Of a stretch of DNA of 64,000 nucleotides, positions 33,001 to 45,300 are shown piece by piece; within the stretch, counting starts at the first letter, position 1; each line of letters starts with the position of its first letter. The stretch is from Podarcis erhardii (taxonomy: Eukaryota). The translations under genes were made by a program, and so were the position numbers. The notes beneath the pieces were generated by a model, which worked only from the letters and a program-made list of their open reading frames with translations, searched no databases and was not told the DNA's origin. The stretch lies in NCBI GenBank assembly GCA_964252035.1, contig OZ176216.1; one strand, written 5' to 3'.

Positions 33001-36000
33001 TACTGCCAATTATTAAAAGATGTCAGAACGGTGTACAGCATTAAGATTCCCTTATGAGTGTTTAGTCCCCAGACATCTGGAGGTCACCAGATTGGCAAAA
33101 GATGCAACCACTGAAGCATCACAAAAGCAGAGAGGCTTGTAAGAATTTGTATGGCCTAGTAACTTTTGTGGACTTAACAGCAATACTGACCTCAAAAGAA
33201 TCTCAGCAGTGTTGTGCACCCTTGTAAGTAAGTCCACAAAAGTTACAAACCTGCTTTAAAAAAGAAAAGACAGAGAGAATGAATTTAGTGATGCCCTAAA
33301 TAGAGAGCCCTTTTGTGAAGTTTCCCTTCTTTAGTCTCCTGGCCATGACTCCATTCTTCGTAGCAAGCAATGATTTGCAAATATTGTTCCATATGAAAGG
33401 CAAGATGTGAGGCAAGATGGCTAAGCTGTGGCCATCCAGGATGTTGTTGGATTCCAGCTCCCAGTAGCCAGCATGACTGTTGATCAACTATAATGGGAGC
33501 AGAAGTTTAGCCCCATGTAGGGCAGGGCACAGGTTGGACATCCCTCCTGAACAGTCTTAGGTTGCAGAGAAGATGGGGACAAAATAATGATTCATGCTCC
33601 CACCCAGTGTCCAAGAGAGAAACTGTCTGGTTAAAAAGTCATGCTCATCATTGCAGCCTGTCTTCATCAGTGGCCTTTTAGTGGGAACATGACTTGCCAG
33701 GTAGCTTAAGTCTTCCCTTTGCCTTTAAACCTTAGTGGTTTGTAATGGAAAGAAAAAGGCCTGCTATAGCTTTGAGGTTCTTTCTTACTGTGTTTTCTTC
33801 CCGTCCCTTTTAAAGTTGTTTTTCTGGGGGGTTTCACATTTAGGTTCTGCAATTTTTGAATATCTTGTAGCTGCTGCTGCTTCTGGCAGTAAATGAAAGT
33901 GCCTGTTGCATTTGTTGAAGAAGCAATCAAGGCCTGGTTTCATTTATCTTGTACATCGGTAGGGAAGAAGTAGGGGAGAGGAATGCACAAAACTTGCTGT
34001 TCTGTGTTAAAGGGAAGATGTAACGGTCCTTCAGTTCTTTCTCTCCCATGTCAGAGGTGGTTTTAGGGTCACACGACTGAGGGCTCTTGGTCTTGTGGTT
34101 TGCAATCAGGGCTGTGTGTGTGTCCTCATTCACAGGAAAGCGGAACATATTTATGGTTGTCCTGGAGATCACTTTCCCAAGGATCTAGGAGCACAGGAAG
34201 CTGCCTTACACTGAGTCAGACCATTAGTCCCATCTAGCTCAGAATTGTCTGCACTGACTGGCAGCAATGACTCCCTAGGATTTCAGGCAGGAGTCTCTCC
34301 CAGCCCTACCTGTTGGTGCCACTGGGGATTGAACCTGGGACCTTCTGCTTGTGCAACAGATGCTCTGCCACTGAACTTCTCTGCTGCTGAAGGTTGCAAA
34401 GATACAGACCCGATGAAAGATATGCTTGGCTAAATCACAGGTGCCTGAGGTGGTAGCCCCAACAGGGTTGCCAGTAATCAGGACAGAATTTAAAGTAAGC
34501 AGAATAGGGTTTCCAGTAATCGGGATTGCACCTCATTTGCATAATTTATAAAGGTTGCGCCACTTGCCCTGCCTGGATTGCATTGGCCCAGGTTGCTCTG
34601 CCAAGCAGGTTGGGGCTCTGTGCAAGGTGGTGGTGGAGACACGTGCTGTAATTTGGAGAGTGATTCCCCACCTTCAAAACCACGTCAAGCCTGGAAAACT
34701 TCAACCTCCAGAATGTGGCGCTTTATACCCAGCCGGACCCAACTGCATAATTAACGGCATAATGTATGCGCAATTAGGCCTTGGAGTTGCTGCTGTCAGG
34801 CTCTCTTCCCCACCCCCTCCTTGCCTTGCTGGGAAGGAGCAACGGCCTCAGAAGCATTGATCATCCAGCAGCAGTTTGGCTGAGTAATGTCAAGGGGGAA
34901 AAACAGAGAAGGCAAGGGAGTTTTTCAGGCACTTTGGTAAATATTAATTAAAGTGATTCATAGTCCAGATAGCACAGCCCAGAGGTTCTCAGGATCCCTG
35001 AAGCGGAGGGGCTGGTTGCAGCAGCCCTTGTTAATGCAGCAGAACCGAAGAGGCCTTCTAATGGCATGGACTTTTCCTTCACTCTTTAACATTCTCACAC
35101 ACCCCCCACGCTTTACTTTTAGGGCATGTAAGCATACAAAGTGCCTGCCCTCTGAAGAGTCCCCCCTGCCTGCTATGTTCTCTGTGCGAGTCGCTGTTCT
35201 GGGTGTGCCTCCTGATGAGAGTGAAGCCAAGCGCGTGGCTTCCTCTGAGGACAGGTAATTTTGCTGCCTCCTTGCGGGGAGTGGCTGTAGCCTCATGCAG
35301 CTCTCCAGATATTTCTGGACTCCCGGCTCCCATAATCCATGGGACGAGTGGGCCTTGGGGGTCCAGCTACACCTGGGGGGCCACATGCTCAATGCCCTTG
35401 TCGGCAGAGGTGGAGGAAGGTAGCTTTATCACCACTGCACCAGGAGAAGAAAGCCATTGGAGCAGGAACAACCTATTTCCTCTTCTCCCCCCGCCCCCCC
35501 CCCAATTTGTTTGAGCAGATAATAATAAAACAGTGACTTGTTTTTAAAATCTTGACACTGAGAGCCAGTGTGGCATAGTGGTTAGAGTGTTGGACTAGGA
35601 CCAGGGTTCAAATCTCCACTCGACCATGAAGCCCTCTGCGTAACCTTGGGGGCCAGTCCCTGTCCCTCAGCCTGACCTACCTCGCAGGGTTGTTTGTTGA
35701 GAGGATTAAATGCGGGTGGTGGAGGGAGGGCTATCCGCCACATTGAGCTCCTTTGCAGGAAAAAAGGTGGGGTAGAAATGCAAGAAATAAATGTATATAA
35801 GAATAAAGGCTTCCTTCTGAGGAGGAGGACTTAATTTTCACCTCCTGACATAGCTTCTTCATCTCAGGAAGAGGAAGGGCAGTGACTAGAAACCCCCCAA
35901 GAGGGAGGTGAGTTGCCGGACAGTGGGCGAGCGGGAAGCATGGCTACTGCCTGTATTTTGTTAAGTTTTTTTAATGGCCACCTATGAAAAGCTGGGCCTG

Positions 36001-39000
36001 TGTGGTCGTTGGGTTGGAGCGGATGGTGACTGACACAGGTGCTTTCTGAAACTAGATAACATCTTTTTGAGGTTCAGAACTTGTGAAAGCTCTGTTTATG
36101 TGAAAGGAGGCAGCAGGGACTGTGTGTCTGTTTATATCCCTCCCAATAAGGAGGATCAGGAATAGTGCCCCCCACCAGCTTCTCAAATCAGTTTAATCCT
36201 CAAGATGTCCACTTACAGCCTGGCTCCCTGATGCCAGTTTGTTTGTTTGTTTTGTTGCCAAAGCAGCTTAAGTTAACAGGCTTGTTTCTGGGGATTGTGG
36301 GGGAGGGGGGTGAGCCTGGTGGACGCCCCACTTCCGAAACTCCTGACGTCATCCCCATTTCCTAAGTGAGATATCGGGGAATTAATTCAGGAAATGGCCT
36401 GCAGTTCTTGCACCTGTCCTTCCCCCGCCCCTTGCCATCCCAGCCCGCAGAGTGGGGGCATTTGAGCTCCCTTGCCTGAAGGAAACGTGGCTCAACATCC
36501 TTCCTGTCTGGACTCCAGTTCACAGGCAGCGCAGGGGAGTGAGAGGACCCCAGAGAAGATCCTTCAGTGTATCCCCAGCCCCTAAGCAGAGCTCTGCTGT
36601 TCAGACCTCCTGTTGGCCTGGAGCTGTTTGGGGCTGGCAGAGAACCCTCCCTTGTTGCGTGGCATGCACCTGCTATGGGTCAGGGCTGGCTAACTTGAGG
36701 GCTGAATAGGGAGTGGGGCTCCTGGAGAGCATTTGGCCTCAGGTTTGCTTTCCCACTCCTGGTGTCTCTCTCCAGGGGACCACAACCTCCTAGGGCAGGG
36801 GTTGTGGGAGCTCTGGTGACCCTCCAGATGTTGCTGGGCTCCAGCTCCCATGTCGCTTCTTCCGGGTTGCTGGGGCTGATGGGAGTCTTGCTTCTTTTGC
36901 TTCACAAATTTGTGTCCTCCTTCATACCTAGGATGTCTCCCCAGTCTGTAGGAGCCACCACCTTGTTTTCGGGGCAGACCTATTTTGCTTCCAAAGTGAT
37001 GGGCTTCCTTCAGCTGCCCATGTTTGCTCTTGGAAAGAAAGAATGAATGAATGAAATTTTCAAATCAGAGAGATGCTGAGGCTTGCAGGCTCTGCTGGTC
37101 CTGGGAAGGAGGGAGGGTGCATCCCTGTATATAATTTGCCTCCAAGGTGCTTTCCTGGGAGCAGCAGCTGTTTGCCAGGGGCAAATTATCAGGCAGAATT
37201 ACTCAGTGGTTGTCTAGCCCTCTTAGAACACGCCATCTGTGACCAGCAGTGTTATTTCAAACCCTTTCCATTCAACAGTGTCTGCAAATCAGCAGCCAAT
37301 TACTGCATAAATTGACTCCATTCCGCGGAGGTGATTTTTGCTGACTGACCGAATGGGCAGAGCGAATGCCAAGAGTTTATGCTGTAATACCTTCCCGCCC
37401 TCCTGTGTCACTTCAATAGCTTTCGGCATGGATCAGCTGTAAGAACCAACCTGGGAGTGGGGCTGTTGGCATTGCAGTAAGAACATATGAGCATAAGAAG
37501 ATCCTCTGGATTAGGCCGAAAGGGGCCCACCTAGTCCAGCATCCTTTTGTCACAGTGGCCAACCGGGTGCCTGCGGGAAGCCCACCAACAGCACCTGAGC
37601 TCAAGAGCAACTCTCCCCTCCTGTGGTGTCCGGCTACTGGTACTTAGAAACATGCTAGCCCTCTCCTCCATGAATTTGTCTAATCCTTTGCCTCCTGTGG
37701 AAGCAAGTTCCGTAGTTCAACCATGTGCTGTGTCTCAGCATTTCTTATTCCTTTTGTCCCCCAAGCTGGGCTCCAAATGGAAAGTATTCCAGAAACGAGC
37801 ATGCAGTAATTTGGTCACTTGCATGCTGATCTCATCCGTTTGCAGAGTCTGGCAGGGGATGGCTTGCCAGACACTGGAGTCAAACCCTGACTTCCTGTGC
37901 CAGGACAGTTTGCACCTAGATGGATCTGATGGGTAGCCAGCCAGTCACCTGCTTCATTTGCTAAAAAGGCTCCGTGTAATGATTGACTGCTCTCTCTTTC
38001 TACCTTGGGGATTGGGATTAGATTCCCCGCCTCCAAAGCCTTTCTCCTTGAGAGTGTCCCTTTAAGCATCAAGGGGTGGTGTGAACGTGTGTTAAGAGAC
38101 AGATCCAAGTCTTCAGAGCTGAGCTGATAAATTGCTTTTCATTTATGGGCAAGGAGGGCCCAGGAACTGAGGCTGGCTTTCCTGCAGAAGCTTTTATGTG
38201 TATATATCCATCTTGCAAATCGTGCAGGTGCCAGGAAAGGAGAGCAAGCCTCTTCTGTCACCTCCAGAGAAGCCAGCCTGTGGACCCGGCAGGTTTACAC
38301 GGAAGCCAGTGCCTGAGTCCAGTGCAAGCCCTGGACAAAGTCATTGGCCTGTTGACTCTCTTGTCCCTTCCAGGACAGTGCGGTCTCTCTCAGGAGGAGT
38401 TTTGCTTTTGACCTTCCATGGATTGCGCTTCTGTGACTTTCAGACACTCAAGGGCAGAATTGGGCACTTGTTGTGGCATTCAGTTGCCATCTGGGGGCCA
38501 GACGGCTCGAAAATCATAGTTTTCAATACAACTTTTTGGCTCCTGAATTTTTTTCTGATTGCGCGGATAAGATGATAGAATTTTACAGAATGTGTTGTTA
38601 GTGTGTGAAAACAGGCAAAACCTAAGGAATCTCTAGGCATGCACCTCCAGATGGTGAGATCAGGCGGCATCCTGGCGCCTGGCAAATTTCAAATGCTGGT
38701 GTAGACAGGTGAGCTATTAACTTTGCTAGACTGAAGTTGCAAAGTTGTTGTTGCAGCTTTGCAGAGAAGACATGGAGGGCTGAGAAGGGCTCCCACTAGC
38801 GGGGGAAGAGAGGTATCAGTGCTTGGCAGGGGAAGCTGGTCCATTTGGCCAAGTGGGGCTCTGCCCTTAGCCAGCCCTCCTGTGCCTGCCTTCTTGCAAC
38901 CAGCCCTGGAGGTAGCCCTGCCTCTCAGCTTGCTCCTCCTTCACCTCAGTGCTGGAGCCTTCTCGAGCAGGGGGAGAACTAGAATTACGTAGTTAAGAGC

Positions 39001-40865
39001 TTCGGAAGCACCCTCCATCTTGCAGAATCCATCTCTGAACAGCTGTGTCCTATCAAAGTACCAGCTGGCTTTACTTGAGGCTGGTGTGCAGTACTGCCAG
39101 AACAGACAACAACTGGGGGGGGGGCGACCAGTGCTGCGTGGGTTCTGGGGTCAGCCACTGGACTTACCTGTTCATGTGCTCATGGTATCGGGATGATGGT
39201 GCAGGCCAGGCTTTCCCCTCTGCAGAGTGCTTTGAACCGTTTATCTGGGAAGAGCAGGGTGGTGTTAATAATTAAAAAATTAAAAGCCACGACTCAGGTG
39301 GGAGGAGGTCAGCAGCTATTTTCTGGTCTGTTGGTTAGAAAAAAACGAGGTGTGTGGGCAGGGAAGGAGGCCAGAAGCTTCCCACAGCCCCAAGCCACCT
39401 GCACACAGAGCATGAGAAGGTGCTAGTGTAGCTTCCTGTTCTCCACGGAGAGTGGGTGAGAGGCAGGCAAGCACTCAAGGCTTTCGCCTTGTCAGATCAT
39501 ACTGTTTTTAGCATTGACCTCCCCGTCACCAGCACCTCTCAGACCCTTTCACGATATGGAGACATCCACATCGTGCATCATTTTAAAAACTTCCCTCACA
39601 CCTGGGATGCTGGGCCTTTTGCTTGGTTCAGCTGCCAGACTGTCCTTAGAAGCAAGCAGCTCAGGAGGAAGGGTTTCTCAGCCCCAATCTCTCCCTGCTT
39701 GTCAGTTTATGCATTTGGGCAGTTTGCAGGGAAGGGACTTGGGTAGCTTGAAGCTACCCAGCAGAACTTTAAATAGCTTCCCTCCTGATCGCCTCTGGTG
39801 AGTAAGAACTGCCTTTAGGCAAGTAGGAAGAGGAGCTTTTGCAAACTGGTCTGCGTCTGTCTTCCTTTGCTCCTTCTTTCCTGGCCATCAGAATGCCAAA
39901 AATGTCATTGACGCAGATGCAGGAAAATAGTTTGTTTTATGGATGAACTCCCCCCCCCCCCACTCCCCTTCAGATGTGAATTGATTTGCAAAGCTAAGCC
40001 AGGCAAGCACTGTGCCTTGGAAACATCATAAAGATCTAATGCTGCCACGTCAGGCAGACACTGAAGGAGGAGATAGCATCTCGTCCAACCTGACTGCTTT
40101 CAGGCACCCCCACCTGGTGGAAACATCAAATAGGTTTCAGGGTTTAGGTTCTGAGAATGGGGCGTGGGGGCTGCTGCGGCTTCCATCTTCAGTAACCCCA
40201 CTGCTATTCAATCTTGTTATTTCAAACACCTTTATTTTTCCCAAGTCTGAACTTGGATCTTTCATATGCTCTTTCCTTCAGTGTGTTGCATTTCTCTCTC
40301 CCTCCCAGCCCTCCCAAAGCAAATGCATTGATCAATGTTGGGGTGGTGAAAGTAAGATTCTTCCCCTGTTCTGTGATGGGAAATTCTGGGAGAAATCTGC
40401 AGTGGACCATGAAAAAATAATATGTGAAGAATCTTCTGCTTTTTGCATACATCTTCACATCTGTAAAGACTCACAAGTTGATACTAGATCAATAATCATC
40501 TAGAAACTGTGTGTGTGTGTAAGTAAAGTAAGTAAGTAAGTAAGTAAGTAAAAGTGTAAATGCGGTCCTTTTTCTTCCAACCATCAGCAGTAGCTTCTGT
40601 TTGTTTTTAAAAGCAAATTAGATTTACTGTCCCATATATCAAAAAAGGCACCTATGTTCTTGATAATAAGCAAATACACATTTACCAATGAATTTAAAGG
40701 CAGATAACATTTTTGAAGGGAATCTTTCCAAAGAATGAAAGCCTTTATAATAGCCTGGCGGCCGGCCCTTGTTCCCCAGGCTGGAGTGGATTCTCACCTG
40801 CCTGCCTTCTCTCTCCTTGCAGTGTGCAGAGGACTGAGGGCCCCATGTGCTAGTGACCGCCTGCC

Positions 40866-43800
40866 ATGCTGGCCTGTCTGCCGGGACCAGGCGACCTCTC
40901 CTTCCAGCTGCTTTCTTACCCGCAGATGAACGCTGGACTTCAGAAATGTGAGTAGCTGCCACCCCCATGAATCTGGACAGTGCAGCCGTGAGCTGGGAGA
41001 ACCCACAGGAGGGGAGAATTGCTGTTGCGCTCAGGTCCTGCTCAAGGAGTTCCCATGGGGGCATCTAGGGGGTCACTGTGAGGACAGAAGGCTGCACCGT
41101 GGACCAGCGGCCTGACCCAGCAGGCTTCTCTTAGGGTCTTCCATTCATTGTGGGTTGAACCCAGGACCTTTCTCTGGGGTCCCTTCCACCACTCACCCAG
41201 ATTGACAGCAGCCACTCTCCTTTCGGCCAACGCAGGCAGAGAGAGGTGGCCTTTGGGACCCTTCTTAGCAAACTCCCTCCCTGAGTGACTCTCCCATCAT
41301 TTCAGAAGCCAAGATGGGGGCAGCCGTGACCCGTGGTCATGCTGCCTGAGGCTGATGGGAGTTGGAGTCCCCACGGTATCTTGGGCAGGCACGACATACT
41401 TTCCTCCACCTTTATTCTAAAGTTGTTTTTAAAAGGAAAAAAGCTGTTTTAGTGAAATCTAAGAAAGAAGCAGGGCGTCACGGAGGAAGTGTTGACTGTT
41501 CTCACAGCTATTATTTCCACCGTGCTTTTCAGCACCATTGATGTGCTATAACAGTTGCCTTTGTCTTGCTGACACTGTGAAATGTGCTTTATCTGGGTTT
41601 ACAACCCGCCCTGAAGCTGCAGTGTTTCGTGGCGGGTTGACAGCTTCCATGCTCCCAAATCCTGTGCTGCAAGAAGGAAACAAGGCATTAGAGGCTCCTT
41701 TGAGCCCCAGCTACTCTTCCTCTTCTGGGTATGTGTGGACACAGAGAAGACTGCCCACCGCAGCTCTGTGTGCCTCCCTGTCCTCTCCTTTTCGATTGGC
41801 TCTGCCGGTAATTTTTGCCCTATCTCCATGTCTGCTGTGGCTGGGGTGTTCAGTCGCCCCTAGAGGCGTGAGAGGCTTGCCTGCCGATGGGGGAGGCTGC
41901 CCATTGCCTTCTGCCCTTCCGTCTGGGAACGGGGTGTTTTTTGTTCTTTTTCACACACCCATTGTCTGATTCCAAGCAATGCCTATGCTTGAAATTCATT
42001 TTAATCAGAGGATAGTAACCTAAACTGAAGCTGCAGGGGGTGGAGTTAAGTCCTCATCCCAAATAAATAATAATATTTTTATTATTATTTGTACCCTGCT
42101 CATCTGACTGGGTTGAAGGAATGCTTCAGAGGAGGTTGCTTGCATTGAGACAGGACAATTGGATGGCTGCCTGTCAGAGTTTCTTCAGCTGTCTTCCTCC
42201 ATTACAGGGGGTTGCACTGGATGACCCTCTGAAGACCCCTCCCCACTCTACAATTCCATGATTCTGTGAAGCTGAGGAATGGCCCACCAAGAAGGGCTGG
42301 TGGGCTGCTTTCTTTTTGTTTTTGATGGACCAATCTGATTCAGATTGAATATCTTCCTTAAGAGTTACATGCCTCCTCATTTAGGGAAGGGGAGGGGGGC
42401 AGTCATTGTGGGGCCCTCCAGGCATTTCTGGGCTCCCAACTCTGCGCATGGCCAGTGCTGCAGGATACTGCTGGGATTTGGGAGCCCAGCAACAGTATGG
42501 GCGAAGGCACCACCTTGGCTGCTCCTGCCTTAGGACTCCCGATCTGTCCTGGCCCAGCAGAAGTAAGCTTTGCTCCGTTTCCGTTGCCTCGAGCAAAGAA
42601 GAGAGCCTCCATGTTCAGGCGCAGTCTACCTGAGGGGGTGGTTGCCAGGTGCTGTGGGTAAACAGTGGGACCGGGGTTTGGGGACGGAGAGCATTGCCAT
42701 CTATGCCCTGCTGGTGAGCTTCCCAGAAGTGTCTCTCTGTCTATATCTGGACTAGATCAAGGACAGGGAACCTGCGAGGCTCTCTGGACTGCAACTCCTG
42801 GCAGCCTGAGGATGACTGATAGCAGGGGACGATGGGAGTTGTAGTCCAGAGACATCTGGAGGGTGCAGGGTTCCCCACCCCTGGCCTAGACGGACCTTTC
42901 TGGGGGGGGGCAGTTCTTTTTGTTCTTAAGAGGCAGCACTGGCTGTTTGTTGAGTCAGTGTTGATGGCGTCTCTTTTCTTTCTCTCGTTTTCTTTCTCTC
43001 TCTCTCTGTCTCTCTGCCTTTCTCTCTCCCTCTTCCTGCTTCTCTCCTTCGTCCTCCTCCTCCTCCTCCTCCTCCTCTTTCCCACCCACCCCTCCCTTCC
43101 CCCCAACCAGGGGACACTCCACAGAAAATGAGAGCCGCACAGCAGCACCCTACTCCAGCAGAGTTGGACGCGTATGCTAAGAAGGTGGCCAGCCATCCTC
43201 TGACTATCAAAATTTTCCCCAACAGCGTCAAGGTCCCCCAGCGGAAACACATCCGCCGCACCGTGAACGGGCTGGACACTTCCGGGCAGCGCTACAGCCC
43301 CTACCCGCCGTCGCAGGCCTCCGTGAAGACGGGCCTCCTGGCCATCGTCCGGTCCCCGCCGGCCAAAGGGATCGTCAAGGACTTTGACGGGACCCGGACG
43401 CGCCTGCTGCCGGAAGCCATGATGAACCCCCCCTCCGCCCCCTACGCGGCACCCAGCACTTTAAGCCACCCGCAGGCGTTGGCCCGCCAGCAGGCTCTGC
43501 AGCACGCCCAGGGCTTGGCACAGCAGCAGCAGCAGCAGCAGCACCCTCAGGGGATCCCCACGGCCCTGCAGCAGCCGCAGCACCCACAGAGCATGGCCCA
43601 CCCGGCCCTGCAGCCTCCGCCACACCACGCCAACCACTTGCTCCAGCAGCAGCAGCCGCCGCCGCCGGCAGCAGTGGGCCTGCATGGGGGCCGGAAGATG
43701 GCCGACGCCGACGCCCCCCCGAATGTGACTGTGTCTACCTCAACCATCCCCCTCTCCATGGCTGCCACGCTGCAGCAGAACCAGCCCCCGGACCTGAGCA

Positions 43801-44675
43801 GCATCGTCCACCAGATCAACCAGTTCTGCCAGGCCCGCGCGGGCATCAGCGCTACCTCAGTTTGCGAGGGACAGATTGCCAACCCCAGCCCCATCAGCCG
43901 CAACCTCCTGATCAGCGCGAGCACCCGGGTGTCCGCCCACAACGTCCCCACGCCCCTGCCTTCCTGCGTGGTGGACCCTGGGGTCCCCCCCTCGGGCCCC
44001 GGGGCCATGGGTGTCCCGCCGCTGGGGGGTGTCGTCGGCCGGGGGCCCCCCGCCTACCAAAGCGAAATGAAGCAGGTGGCAGCCTGGAACCAGCACCAGC
44101 TTGCTCACCTGCAGCAGATGTGCGGCGAGGCCGTCGGCCCCTCGGGCCTGATGGGGAAGCCCCCCGGGCGGGAGCTGCCTGGGCAGGGCTTTGCCGGCAA
44201 GGCCCCCGGCTACGCCCTGGACCTCTGCATGGGCCAGCCTTTCAACGTGAAGCCCCCGCTGGAGAAGCCCACCCCCTCGCCGCCGGTCAACAGCTTGCCG
44301 GGCCCCGCCCCCTACACCAACGGGCACTACTTCCAGCCCCTGTGGAATAACATTCTGCCCACGCCCAACAGCGACAGCTCGGGCTCCCAGGACCTGGCGA
44401 TGCCTTTCCACGGCGGAGGCGGGGGGCAGCCCCTGGGGGCCGGCCTGGAGTGCACAGGCGGACCTCACTACAGGGCCGGGGCCGGTGGCCCGCCTGCCCA
44501 GGGCGGCCTGATGCAGACGATGGAATACCTGAGCGGGGACTTCCAGCACTCCTGCCTCCGGGAGCAGCAGGGCGGCGGGGGGGTGCTGAGCAAAGCCCCC
44601 CGCCCCGCCATGAACCGAGCCCACGATCCCGCGGATAGTCGCAGCCTTCATATTCAGCACCCAGGGTATAGATAA
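40866..44675 (+). CDS. FAM222B: Protein FAM222B; join(40866-40947,43111-44675), 548 aa
   Basis: MLACLPGPGDLSFQLLS.PQMN.GLQK|WDT.QKMR.A..PTPAELDAYAKKVA..PLTIKIFPNSVKVPQRKH...PPNVTVSTSTIPLSMAATLQ...YFQPLWNNILPTPNSDSSGSQDLAMPFHGG...SRSLHIQHPGYR matches FAM222B; phase-1 intron GTGAGT...CAG. Confidence 0.96.
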
Positions 44676-44829
44676 GGCAGCCGTCACTTTTCACTGACCA
44701 GAGCGAAGATTAGGGTTAGTCTTAATTTGAATTAATAAGCAAAAGGTGTGTGGCTGTTTGTTTGGTTTTATTCCTTTTGGTTTATTGCTTTTTTTTTTTT
44801 TTAAACGTGCAAACTTTGGTGATCCTGGT

Positions 44830-45300
44830 GGCTAACTGCCGAAGGAGGTATTTAAGCGGAGGTCTAGCCCCCTGCAGTGCAGGAATTGTAGCTCGAGAAA
44901 CCCTGGCAGGTGGCTACCCAACCTCTGCTTAGAAACCTTCGGCTAAGGAGAGTTCACCCTCTTTCCCAGGTAGTCCATTCCACTGTCAAACAGTTCTTAC
45001 CCTCAGGAAGCTATTCCTAATGTTCAGCCAGAATCTCCTTCTTGTCATCAGTTTGCGTCCTCCCCTCTGGAGCGGCAGAAAACAAGCTCGCCCCATCTTC
45101 CACGTGACAGCTATCATGTCGCCTCTCAGAGTCTTCTTTTCTGCAGGCTAAACATTCCCAGCTGAACTGTTTCTTGTAAGGCTTGGTTTCCAGGCCCTTT
45201 ATCACCTTGGGACGCTCAACTTCTGTTGATGCAGGCTAGAATAGCATTTGCTTTTTTTGCTGCTGCATCACACGGTTGACACATGTTAAGCTTGTCATCT
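44830..45300 (-). mobile_element. CR1 LINE fragment in the FAM222B 3' UTR region
   Basis: Minus strand reads IKGLETKPY...W.CLACRKED..., a CR1 ORF2 C-terminus with frameshifts; a similar piece lies at 6200-6470. Confidence 0.75.

Noticed and set aside
35212-35252. CTGATGA followed by a GAAGCCA/TGGCTTC hairpin as a second hammerhead
   Set aside because: No GAAA box after the stem and no NUH/stem I arrangement.
43375-44694. Long antisense and alternate-frame ORFs (up to 276 aa) over FAM222B
   Set aside because: Expected shadow ORFs of GC-rich, high-GC3 coding sequence.
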